DNA of 64,000 bases from positions 2,747,438 through 2,811,437 of the forward strand of contig CBDCKM010000002.1 of NCBI GenBank assembly GCA_965218275.1, read 5' to 3'. A program made the translations under genes and the position numbers. This DNA comes from Alphaproteobacteria bacterium (GTDB lineage: Bacteria > Pseudomonadota > Alphaproteobacteria > UBA828). Below, one piece after another: positions 49,031 to 57,178 of this stretch (position 1 is the first letter of the stretch; every line of letters begins with the position of its first letter). The notes beneath the pieces were generated by a model. The model searched no databases. It was not told the DNA's origin and saw only the letters and a program-made list of their open reading frames with translations.

Positions 49031-49789
49031 TCAGACGTGGGTGTCTGAGAACGCGCCACCTGAAATGCCGGAGAGCCAGCCGTCGTCCACGCGCAGATTG
49101 GTGCCGTGGATATGGGCGGCATCGTCGGAGCAGAGAAAGAGCACGGCCGCAGCGATGTTGTCGGGCTCCATGTAGCCCTTGCGGGTGGCCAGCATCCGGG
49201 CGAGGCCGGCGTTGAAGGCGTCGTCGGTCCATTGGTGCTCGGTCATCTGCGTGCGGATGAAGCCGGGTCCCACCGCATTGACGTTGATGCCGTCGGGCGC
49301 GAGCGCCATGGCCAACGCCTGTGTGAGGTTGAGGAGCCCGCCCTTCGCCGCGCAATAGGCCTGGGCGGAGCCGAAACCCTGGATGGCGGCGATCGAGGTG
49401 ATGTTGACCACGCGCCCGCCGCCGCGGCGTCTCATTTGAGGGGCCACCGCCTGGATCAGGAAGAACACGCCCTTCAGGTTGATGTCGATGTTGCGGTCCC
49501 AGTTCTCCTCGGTGGTCTCGTCGAACGCCATCTGCTCGAAGACGCCGACGCAGTTGACCAGCAGGTCGATGGGGCCGATGTCGGCCTCGACCTCGGCGGC
49601 GAGGCGGCGGCATTCCGCGACCCGGCCGAGGTCCGCCACATGGCAGCGCGCGCCCGCGACCGGGCTCTCCCCCGCCACCGCGTCGGCCAGCGCCAGCTCC
49701 GCGCCTTCGGCGGCAAAGCGCTCGGCCACCTTGCGGCCGATGCCGCCGAGCCCGCCTGTGATCAGTGCCCGCTTGCCTTCCAGCCTCAT
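49031..49789 (-). CDS. SDR-family oxidoreductase
   Basis: ALITGGLGGIGRKVA (TGxxxGxG), NITS and YCAAK (YxxxK). Confidence 0.9.
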   Translation of the reverse strand: MRLEGKRALITGGLGGIGRKVAERFAAEGAELALADAVAGESPVAGARCHVADLGRVAECRRLAAEVEADIGPIDLLVNCVGVFEQMAFDETTEENWDRNIDINLKGVFFLIQAVAPQMRRRGGGRVVNITSIAAIQGFGSAQAYCAAKGGLLNLTQALAMALAPDGINVNAVGPGFIRTQMTEHQWTDDAFNAGLARMLATRKGYMEPDNIAAAVLFLCSDDAAHIHGTNLRVDDGWLSGISGGAFSDTHV

Positions 49790-49823
49790 CGCTCTCTCCC
49801 CTCTCCGTCCAGCGCCCCGCGCC

Positions 49824-50219
49824 CTATTCCATGAGGGCGACCTTCTCCGGCGCGATCCTGACGACAACCCGCTGCTCGCCTTCCTGGCGGTAGGGGTAGC
49901 TGTCCAGATCCATGTACTTCTTCGCCATCGCGTCGATATGCTCTTCCGCCCCCTCATGCTCCATCGCCACCACGCGGCCCTGGATCATGGCCTGTTGATA
50001 GGGGTTCTCCTGGTCGAACACGGCGACGGCGACCCGCGCGTCGCGCCGCATGTTGCGCGGCTTCACCCGCCCTTCCGCGGTGTTGAAGACGATATGCGCA
50101 CCGTCGGTGTCGATCCAGACCACCGTCGCCTGCGGTCCGCCGTCGGCCATGAGCGTCGCCACGGTCGCGAAATTCTTCCCCTCCAGGAGCCGTCTGGCCA
50201 GCTCCGGCAACTCCACCAT
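49824..50219 (-). CDS. PPOX-class (pyridoxamine 5'-phosphate oxidase-like / F420-type) small flavin-binding protein
   Basis: A 131-aa protein with LLEGKNFATVATLMADGGPQATVVWID..VFNT..GR.K.RN..RD.RVAV, typical of this family. Confidence 0.75.
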   Translation of the reverse strand: MVELPELARRLLEGKNFATVATLMADGGPQATVVWIDTDGAHIVFNTAEGRVKPRNMRRDARVAVAVFDQENPYQQAMIQGRVVAMEHEGAEEHIDAMAKKYMDLDSYPYRQEGEQRVVVRIAPEKVALME

Positions 50220-50298
50220 CTCCCTCTCCTTCTCCGCCTTGCCGCTGCGGCGCCACCATACAGCCGGCGCCGGACGATCGCACGCCCTGCCGCCGGTC

Positions 50299-51492
50299 TC
50301 AGCGGCGCGGCGGCGCGCCCGGCCGGGCGCCCGCTTGCAGGTCGATCCCGTCGATGTTCGCAAGCGGCAGGGCCGTGATGGTGTCGCTGAGCGGATAAGC
50401 CCGCTCGCCGGGGTAGACCACCCACAGGTGCTCAAGGCCCAGGTCCTCGATGACGATGTGCATGGACTTCGTCGTGCGCGGAGCGTCGGCGCACTTGAAC
50501 TCGAATCCCCAGCGCCGTCCCCGCCGCAACAACAGCAGGTCAAGCGCGGCACCACGCTGTGTGCCATAGAAGTAGGCCTCATGCTCGCCGTGCGCGATCA
50601 GCATCTGCTCCAGGGCGAATCCCTCCCAACTGGCGCCGTAGCGCGGATGCGCCGCCAGATCCGTCATGGTCTCGAGTCCCAGCAGGAAGTGCAGGATGCC
50701 GCTGTCGCGCAGGTAGACCTTGGGTGACTTGACCAGGCGCTTGCCCAGGTTCTCGAACCAGGGCGGCAGCACGCGCACCATGAAGGCGCCCGCCAGCAGG
50801 TCGCGGTAGCGGTTCACGGCGGAACGGCCCACGTCCATCGAGCGCGCCAGCTCCGCCGCGTTCCATGCCTGCCCGTGATAGTGCGCCAGCATGCGCCAGA
50901 AGCGGCCCAGCGACTCCGGCGATACCCCGGAGCTCAGCCCCGGAATGTCCCGCTCCAGGAAGGTGCGCGTGAACGACCGCATCCAGCGCGTCCACGCCGC
51001 CGTCGAGGGCGCCAGCCAGGCGCGCGGAAAGCCGCCGCGCATCCATAGCCGGTCCTGATGGGCGGGCCCCACCTCGGCCAGCGAGAAGCCGCCCACATCG
51101 ACGAAGAGGAGTCGCCCCGCCAGTGTTTCGGAAACCCCCTGGATCAGGTCCCACGACGCGCTGCCCAGCAGCAGGAAGACCGCCTTCCGCTCCCGCTCGT
51201 CGCAGAGCGGACGCAGCACCTCGAAGAGGCCCGGCATACGCTGAACCTCGTCGATGACGACCAACCCTTCGCTGTTGCCGAGCAGCCTCTCGGGCGTTGC
51301 GGAGAGTGCTTCCCGCGCCGCGCTCGCCTCCAGGTCGAAGACCGTGGACGGCCCCGGCCATCCGGCCGCTATCTGTTCCGCCAGTGTCGTCTTGCCGACC
51401 TGCCGCGCTCCCAGCAAAGCGACGGTCGGCGCTTCGGAGAGACCGCCCGCGACCGCCGACAGCAGCGCGCGACGCTCTATTAATTGTTGCAT
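50299..51492 (-). CDS. AAA+ ATPase of the AAA_14/DUF4143 type
   Basis: Walker A LLGARQVGKTTL and Walker B LVVIDEVQ. The C-terminal WEGFALEQ..DLLL.. block is typical of DUF4143. The AT-rich 5' region contains the SD GGGGAAAG. Confidence 0.8.
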   Translation of the reverse strand: MQQLIERRALLSAVAGGLSEAPTVALLGARQVGKTTLAEQIAAGWPGPSTVFDLEASAAREALSATPERLLGNSEGLVVIDEVQRMPGLFEVLRPLCDERERKAVFLLLGSASWDLIQGVSETLAGRLLFVDVGGFSLAEVGPAHQDRLWMRGGFPRAWLAPSTAAWTRWMRSFTRTFLERDIPGLSSGVSPESLGRFWRMLAHYHGQAWNAAELARSMDVGRSAVNRYRDLLAGAFMVRVLPPWFENLGKRLVKSPKVYLRDSGILHFLLGLETMTDLAAHPRYGASWEGFALEQMLIAHGEHEAYFYGTQRGAALDLLLLRRGRRWGFEFKCADAPRTTKSMHIVIEDLGLEHLWVVYPGERAYPLSDTITALPLANIDGIDLQAGARPGAPPRR

Positions 51493-51625
51493 ATCGCACT
51501 TTCCCCATACGATATTCAACAATAAATAAGAACAGCCGAGGTGTCCAGCGCAACCGGCGGCGGCGAGAGGCGCCGTCGGCGGCCGCTCATGCCGCGCAGC
51601 ACGCGCCGGCGCCGGGCGCGCCGGC

Positions 51626-52507
51626 TCAGGCGGCCCACTCGTTGGCGTCGTCGCTGTCGCCGGCGATGGTGGTGCGGACCATGTGGCGGGGCTGGTCGGC
51701 GGGATAGCCCAGGCCGCGGTGCAGGACGCAGCGATTGTCCCACAGCACCAGGTCGCCCACCTGCCAGCGGTGGGTGTAGACGCGGGGCGGCCGGCAGGCG
51801 TTCTCGCAGAGACGCTCCAGCAGGCGGCAGCTCTCGTCCCGGTCCTCGCCCACGATATGGCTGGCATGGCGGCCGACATAGAGGGTGGGCCGCCCGGTCG
51901 CCGGATGGATGCGGATCAGCGGCTGCTCGACCGGCGGCAGCGCGTCCCACTCCGCCTGGGTCAGCCCGCCCATGCCCCCGACCCTGCCCTGGCTGTAGGC
52001 GTAGCTGTGCACGGCTTTCCTCTCCGCCAGCCAGTCGCGCATGGCGGGGTCGAGGGCGTCGCAGGCCGCGCGCATGTCGGCGAAGGCGGTCTCTCCGCCC
52101 GTCTTCGGCACGATTTTCGCCGCCAGCAACGAGCCCTTGGCGGGGATGCGCTTGTAGGAGCTGTCGGTGTGCCAGTAATTGTTGCCCTTCAGCAGCAGGC
52201 CGTGATCGCTCCCGACCTGCGCCAGGGTGCCGTCCTTCCTGACGTTGGAGAGCTGGATGAGCGCCGGGTCGGCGTCGTAGTGGCTCTTGGTCAGGCTGCG
52301 CTCCAGCGGGCCGAAGCGGCGGCTGAAGGCGATCTGCTCCTCGTCCGTGAGGTGCTGGCCGGGGAAGACCAGGACGGCGTGGGCGTGCCAAGCCGCCTCG
52401 ATGGCCGCGAAGGCCGCGTCGTCGAGGCCGCCGAGCCTGGCGCCGGTGACGACCGCGCCGAGGGTGGCATCGGCCGGCGTGATCTTGAGGGTGGCTTCAG
52501 GCTTCAT
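51626..52507 (-). CDS. TauD/TfdA-family Fe(II)/2-oxoglutarate-dependent dioxygenase
   Basis: WHTDSSY (HxD iron motif) and a distal LVLWDNRCVLHRG. The ATG at 52507 is preceded by GGGGAGGG. Confidence 0.88.
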   Translation of the reverse strand: MKPEATLKITPADATLGAVVTGARLGGLDDAAFAAIEAAWHAHAVLVFPGQHLTDEEQIAFSRRFGPLERSLTKSHYDADPALIQLSNVRKDGTLAQVGSDHGLLLKGNNYWHTDSSYKRIPAKGSLLAAKIVPKTGGETAFADMRAACDALDPAMRDWLAERKAVHSYAYSQGRVGGMGGLTQAEWDALPPVEQPLIRIHPATGRPTLYVGRHASHIVGEDRDESCRLLERLCENACRPPRVYTHRWQVGDLVLWDNRCVLHRGLGYPADQPRHMVRTTIAGDSDDANEWAA

Positions 52508-52537
52508 GGGCGCCCTCCCCACTTGGCGCTGGCGCGC

Positions 52538-53695
52538 CTAGCCGCCGGCCCAGCCGGGGATGTAGCAGGGCCCCGGAATTGCCGGATAGCGCTCCAGCAC
52601 CGCCTCGTCGATCTCGATGCCGAGGCCCGGCCCGTCGGGCGGCTCGATATGGCCGTCCACCACGCCGGCATAGCCGTTCCTGTCGAGGTCGGTGCGGAAG
52701 GGGTTCACGGCGGCCACGTCGGCCTCGTAGATCAGCCCGTTCGGGATCGCCGACAGCAGGTGCGCGTTGCCGGCGGCGCTGAGGATGCTGTGGCTGGTGT
52801 GCGGCGCCATCGGGATGTGCCAGGCGGCGGCCATGTCGGCGATCTTCTTGAGCTCGCTGAGCCCGCCCGACTTGCAGAAATCCGCCTGGCAGATGGAGAT
52901 GGCGCGGGCCTCGAAGAGCGCGCGGAAGGCCGGCCTCGCATAGTGGTTCTCCCCGGCGGCGATGGGGATCGCGGTGCGGGCGCGCAGCTCGGCATAGGCC
53001 GGGATGTTGTCCGGCGTGAAGGGCTCCTCCAGCCAGTACACCCGGTTCTCCTCGCAGTAGCGCAGCACGTCGGGGATATCGAGCAGGTCGTAGCGCGTCG
53101 CGGCATCGACGGCAATGTCGAGATCGTCGCCGAAGGTCTTGCGGATGTGGGTAACCCGCAGGGCGTCTCGCGCCGGGTGGTCGCCGACCCGCATCTTGAT
53201 CGCCGTGTAGCCGTCGGCGACCAGGGAGGCGACCTCTTTCTCCAGCTCTTCCGGTGGTTTGAAGCCCAAACTTAACCCGCCGGCATAGGCGCGGATGCGC
53301 TTCCTCGCCCCGCCCAGCAGGCGGTAGATGGGCAAGCCCAGCAGCTTGCCCTTGAGGTCCCAGAGCGCGTTGTCGATGCCGGCGAGCGCGGTGATGCTGC
53401 CCGCGCCCAGCCCATGCGTCACGATCTGCTGACGCTCCAGCCGGTGCCAGATGCCCTCGCTGTCGAGCGGGTCGGCGCCGACGATGAGCGAGCCGAGCCC
53501 GTCCTGGACCACCGCCGCCATGGCGGTCGGGTTCTGGCCGTGATGGGCCTCGCCGAGGCCGACGGCGCCGCTCTCGTCCGCGATCCGCACCAGCACGATG
53601 TCGCGCTTGGTGTTGGTGCCGAGGCCCATACGCACGCGGTCGGCATCGAAGGGGCATGAGTGCGCGCTCGCACGAACCTCGACGATCCTGGCCAT
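52538..53695 (-). CDS. enolase-superfamily enzyme (mandelate racemase/muconate lactonizing enzyme family)
   Basis: Motifs NALWDLKGK, AIKMRVG, IAVDAATRY, WLEEPF and IAAGEN (metal ligands and catalytic blocks). Confidence 0.9.
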   Translation of the reverse strand: MARIVEVRASAHSCPFDADRVRMGLGTNTKRDIVLVRIADESGAVGLGEAHHGQNPTAMAAVVQDGLGSLIVGADPLDSEGIWHRLERQQIVTHGLGAGSITALAGIDNALWDLKGKLLGLPIYRLLGGARKRIRAYAGGLSLGFKPPEELEKEVASLVADGYTAIKMRVGDHPARDALRVTHIRKTFGDDLDIAVDAATRYDLLDIPDVLRYCEENRVYWLEEPFTPDNIPAYAELRARTAIPIAAGENHYARPAFRALFEARAISICQADFCKSGGLSELKKIADMAAAWHIPMAPHTSHSILSAAGNAHLLSAIPNGLIYEADVAAVNPFRTDLDRNGYAGVVDGHIEPPDGPGLGIEIDEAVLERYPAIPGPCYIPGWAGG

Positions 53696-53754
53696 GGCTT
53701 CCCCCTCTTCTGCTCGCGGACGGCACCCCCGCCGTGAAGCTATGCCGCATTCTT

Positions 53755-53895
53755 CTTTCCCTCAAGCGCCGGGCGCGGAGACTCTATTCGTTTCCCTCAA
53801 GCGCCGGGCGCTCGCTCCGCTCGCTTGGCTTACGCGCCTTGCGGCGCGCCGGCGCGGTCGCGCCGGCCGGGCCGCAAGGCGGCCCGGTCCCGCTC
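53755..53895 (+). repeat. REP-like dispersed repeat cluster R3
   Basis: TTTCCCTCAAGCGCCGGGCG occurs twice, followed by the CTCGCTCCGCTCGCTTGGCTTACGCGCCTTGCGGCGCGCCGGCGCGGTCGCGCCGGCCGGGCCGC-AAGG-CGGCCCGGTCCCGCT block. Confidence 0.9.
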
Positions 53896-54726
53896 GGCTC
53901 CGATGCCCGGTTGGCCGCCGGGCGCGCCGGCGCGTGAATCGGGCGCCGCTTCAAGCGTTTGTGCCGAGTTGGCTTCGTTTTGCAAAAAGCCTTTTTCGCC
54001 GGCGGGGGCCGCCGCTCGCGAGCGCGCGGCCGGGCCTGCGCCGCCGGGTGGCGCCGCGGCCGGACCGGGCGCCGCCTCCGCCGGTGCCTCCTCGGCCGGG
54101 GCTGCGTCAGGCGGAGCAGCCTCCGCCGGTGCCGCCTCCGCCTCCCGGCGCAGGCCCCGGAAATCCTCCAGCGTCCGGTTGAGCGCCCGCTGCAGCGTCC
54201 CCTCGTGGCGCGCCAGGCGGTCGAAGGTCTTTGCGCTCTCCTGCCGTTCCACCAGGACCTGCGCCGAGGGCGCCTGCGCGCGGATGTCCGCGTCGATGGC
54301 GCGCTTGGCCTGGAAGCGCGCCTCCCGCCGCGCGCCGTCCGCCTCCCCCAGCAAGGCCGTGAGGCCGGCCGCGGCGGACTCGCGCACCGCCGAGGCCGCC
54401 ACTTCCTTGCGCTGCACCGCGAGGCGGCCGTGGACGAAGAGCTCCGCCTCCAGCCGGGCGGCGCGGTCGAGGCGCCAGAGCAGCACGACGATGCGCTGCG
54501 CCAGCGCCTCCTGGAGGGCGCCGGCCGGGTCGAGGTCGGCGGTCACGCCCTGCCTCAGCCTCTCGTAGGCCTCGCCGTCCTCGTCCGGCAGCACCACCGC
54601 GCGGGCGGCGGCGAGGCCGTGGCGGAGCGCATTGGCGGACGAGGCAGCCTTGCCGGCGGCGGTCCTCGGCCCGGTGCTCCTGCGGGCGTTGCGGCGGTTG
54701 GCCGCGATCTGTCGCTTGGTGGCCAC
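53830..54726 (-). CDS. conserved-looking hypothetical protein (basic N-terminus, coiled-coil-like middle, Ala/Pro-rich tail); the 3' end runs into REP cluster R3
   Basis: MATKRQIAANRRNARRSTGPRTAAGKAASSANALRHGL resembles an N-terminal motif I recall from many uncharacterised bacterial proteins. The true stop is uncertain because the last ~25 codons are repeat sequence. Confidence 0.5.
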   Translation of the reverse strand: MATKRQIAANRRNARRSTGPRTAAGKAASSANALRHGLAAARAVVLPDEDGEAYERLRQGVTADLDPAGALQEALAQRIVVLLWRLDRAARLEAELFVHGRLAVQRKEVAASAVRESAAAGLTALLGEADGARREARFQAKRAIDADIRAQAPSAQVLVERQESAKTFDRLARHEGTLQRALNRTLEDFRGLRREAEAAPAEAAPPDAAPAEEAPAEAAPGPAAAPPGGAGPAARSRAAAPAGEKGFLQNEANSAQTLEAAPDSRAGAPGGQPGIGAERDRAALRPGRRDRAGAPQGA

Positions 54727-54824
54727 GATGCTTCCTTTCCCATGGACCGAAACGGACCATCGTGGCCCCCGCCGCCGCGCCCGGCCAGCGCACCATGGTG
54801 CGGGGTGAATGGCGCACTTTCTTG

Positions 54825-55135
54825 TTTTCCCTCAAGCGCCGGGCGCTCGCTCCGCACTTTTTCATTTCCCTCAGGCGCCGGGCGCTCGCTCCGCTCGCTT
54901 GGCTTACGCGCCTATCGGCGCGCCGGCGCGGTCGCGCCGGCCGGGCCGCTGCGCGGCCCGGTCCCGCTGAACTTATTGTTCCCTCAGGCGCCGGGCGAAT
55001 TTTTTGTTTTCCCTCAGACGCCGGGCGCTCGCTCCGCTCGCTTGGCTCCGCGCCTGGCGGCGCGCCGGCGCGGTCGCGCCGGCCGGGCCGCTGCGCGGCC
55101 CGGTCCCGCTCACATCCCACACCTCGTGTGCCGCC
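54825..55135 (+). repeat. REP-like dispersed repeat cluster R4 (two full units)
   Basis: Four copies of TTCCCTCA(A/G)(G/A)CGCCGGGCG and two copies of the GGCGCGCCGGCGCGGTCGCGCCGGCCGGGCCGC-TGCG-CGGCCCGGTCCCGCT hairpin block. Confidence 0.9.
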
Positions 55136-55209
55136 AAGGAATTGGGCGCGGTGTGCGTCATAATGTTTGCGTGCCGGAAGGCGGCACGTCCTGCCCGCGG
55201 AGGTTCACC

Positions 55210-56898
55210 ATGTCCCCGTTTCGTCCCCGTCCCGCGCTAGCCTGTGCCGCCCTCCTGCTGATCGTCGCCGGCACCGTGTCCTGTCAGAGCATCCCACCGT
55301 CCTCCACCGGGACGGAGCCCGCGTCCGTGGGCTCCGGCCTGGCGGCGGTGCTGTCTGCGGAGTCGGCCGTCGCCTACGGGGAGGCGGGTGAGCGCATCAC
55401 GGCGGCGCGAAGTGTCGAGGGCCTTGCGGCGGAAGATGCCCGTCCCGGGTACCGCGACCAGGGCCGCGACCGCTTCGAGGCGTTCGATCCGAATCCCGTG
55501 AAGGTCGCCGCCGAGGAGCCGGTCTCCACCTTCTCCATCGACGTGGACACCGCCTCCTACGCCTTCATGCGGGCCTCGCTCAACCGGGGCGCGCTGCCGC
55601 AGCCGGACGCGGTGCGGGTGGAGGAGCTGATCAACTACTTCCCCTACGACTATGCGCCGCCGGCAAGCCGGGCGCGCCCCTTCGCCGCCCATGTCTCGCT
55701 CATGCCGACGCCCTGGAACGATGCGACGCAACTGATGCACATCGGCATCGAGGGCTACGCGCTCGCGCCCGAGAGCCGCCCGCCGGCGAACCTGGTGTTC
55801 CTGATCGACACCTCCGGCTCGATGGACTCGCCGGACAAGCTGCCCCTTCTGGTCAACGCCTTCCGCCTGCTGCTGACGGCGCTGGCGCCGGACGACACGG
55901 TGGCCATCGTCACCTATGCGGGCGCGGCCGGCACGGTGATCGAACCGACACCCCTCTCCGAGCGGGCGACGATCGTGGCCGCCCTGGAGAGCCTGTGGCC
56001 GGTCGGCTCGACGGCGGGCGCCGAGGGAATCCGCCGGGCCTACCTGCTGGCCGAGCGGCATTTCGTCGATGGCGGCGTCAACCGCGTGATCCTTGCCACC
56101 GACGGGGATTTCAATGTGGGCATCACCGATCCCGACGAGCTGGAAGGCTATATCGCCCGCAAGCGCGCGGCCGGCGTCCTCCTCTCGGTGCTGGGCTTCG
56201 GCATGGGCAACTACAACGACGCCCTGATGCAGCGCCTGGCCCAGAACGGCAACGGCAACGCCGCCTACATCGACACCCTGTCGGAGGCCCGCAAGGTGCT
56301 GGTGGAGGAGGCCACGTCCACCCTCTTCCCCATCGCCAGGGACGTGAAGATCCAGGTGGAGTTCAACCCGGCGCTGGTGAGCGAGTACCGGCTGATCGGC
56401 TACGAGACGCGGCTGCTGGAGCGCGAGGACTTTCGCAACGACAAGGTGGACGCCGGCGAGATCGGCGCCGGTCACGCGGTGACCGCGTTCCACGAGATCG
56501 CCCCGGTGGGCTCGGGCGCCGAGCGCATCGCGCCGCTGCGCTACGGGGAAGACGAGGAGACGCCGCCGGACGCCGGCCACGGGGACGAGCTCGCCACGGT
56601 CGCCATCCGCTACAAGCTGCCGGATGCCGAGGCGAGCACCGAGATCGTGCGGCACGTGACCGGGGAGGATGTGTACGAGAGCACGGCGGATGCGCCCGCA
56701 GACGTGCGCTTCGCCGCCGCCGTGGCCGCCTTCGGGCAGCTCCTGCGGGGCGGGCGCTACACCGAGAGCTACGACCACGACGACGTGATCGCCGCCGCCG
56801 GGACCGCCAGAGGCGAGGACCCCTTCGGCTACCGCGCCGAGTTTCTGCGCCTCGTCCGCCTGGCCAAGACCGCCGCTCCCATGGAGGCCATGCGCTAG
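55210..56898 (+). CDS. von Willebrand factor type A domain protein (YfbK-like, vWA plus DUF3520-type C-terminus), lipoprotein/secreted
   Basis: Signal/lipobox-like LLLIVAGTVSCQS. N-terminal block STFSIDVDTASYAFMR, and the MIDAS motif LVFLIDTSGSMD. Confidence 0.88.
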   Translation: MSPFRPRPALACAALLLIVAGTVSCQSIPPSSTGTEPASVGSGLAAVLSAESAVAYGEAGERITAARSVEGLAAEDARPGYRDQGRDRFEAFDPNPVKVAAEEPVSTFSIDVDTASYAFMRASLNRGALPQPDAVRVEELINYFPYDYAPPASRARPFAAHVSLMPTPWNDATQLMHIGIEGYALAPESRPPANLVFLIDTSGSMDSPDKLPLLVNAFRLLLTALAPDDTVAIVTYAGAAGTVIEPTPLSERATIVAALESLWPVGSTAGAEGIRRAYLLAERHFVDGGVNRVILATDGDFNVGITDPDELEGYIARKRAAGVLLSVLGFGMGNYNDALMQRLAQNGNGNAAYIDTLSEARKVLVEEATSTLFPIARDVKIQVEFNPALVSEYRLIGYETRLLEREDFRNDKVDAGEIGAGHAVTAFHEIAPVGSGAERIAPLRYGEDEETPPDAGHGDELATVAIRYKLPDAEASTEIVRHVTGEDVYESTADAPADVRFAAAVAAFGQLLRGGRYTESYDHDDVIAAAGTARGEDPFGYRAEFLRLVRLAKTAAPMEAMR

Positions 56899-57098
56899 TG
56901 CTGTGTCCCGGAAATACGTATGAGCAACGTCGGCCTCACACCGTCATGCCCGGACTTGTTCCGGGTATCTCGTCGCGCTCGGCGAGACCAGGGTGCCCTC
57001 GTGGATGGCCGGGTACCCGGAACGAGTCCGGGCAGGCCCGGCCATGACGGGAAGGGGACGCTGGTATTATTCGCCATGAGTTCCGGGACACGACACTA
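56896..57098. mobile_element. 203-bp MITE-like element with 18-bp imperfect terminal inverted repeats
   Basis: Left end TAGTGCTGTGTCCCGGAA; the reverse complement of the right end is TAGTGTCGTGTCCCGGAA (16/18 match). The interior has a nested palindrome CGTCATGCCCGGAC..GTCCGGG..CATGACG. No coding capacity. Confidence 0.75.
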
Positions 57099-57178
57099 GC
57101 CGCATTTCTCACCGCGCGCGCGGCTTGCGCACTGCCGGGGCCTCGGGAACAATCCCGGCCCCGGGAGGCGGAACGACG

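Noticed and set aside
51516-53765. Alternative-frame minus-strand ORFs 51516..52391 and 52497..53765
   Set aside because: They are off-frame overlaps of the TauD and MR/MLE genes, which carry clear catalytic motifs. The alternatives are Arg/Gly/Pro-rich.
53959-55209. N-terminal 417-codon extension of the vWA ORF, plus other long ORFs in 54.1-55.2 kb
   Set aside because: The extension runs through REP cluster R4 and antisense to the hypothetical gene. The vWA protein has a proper signal/lipobox start at 55210.
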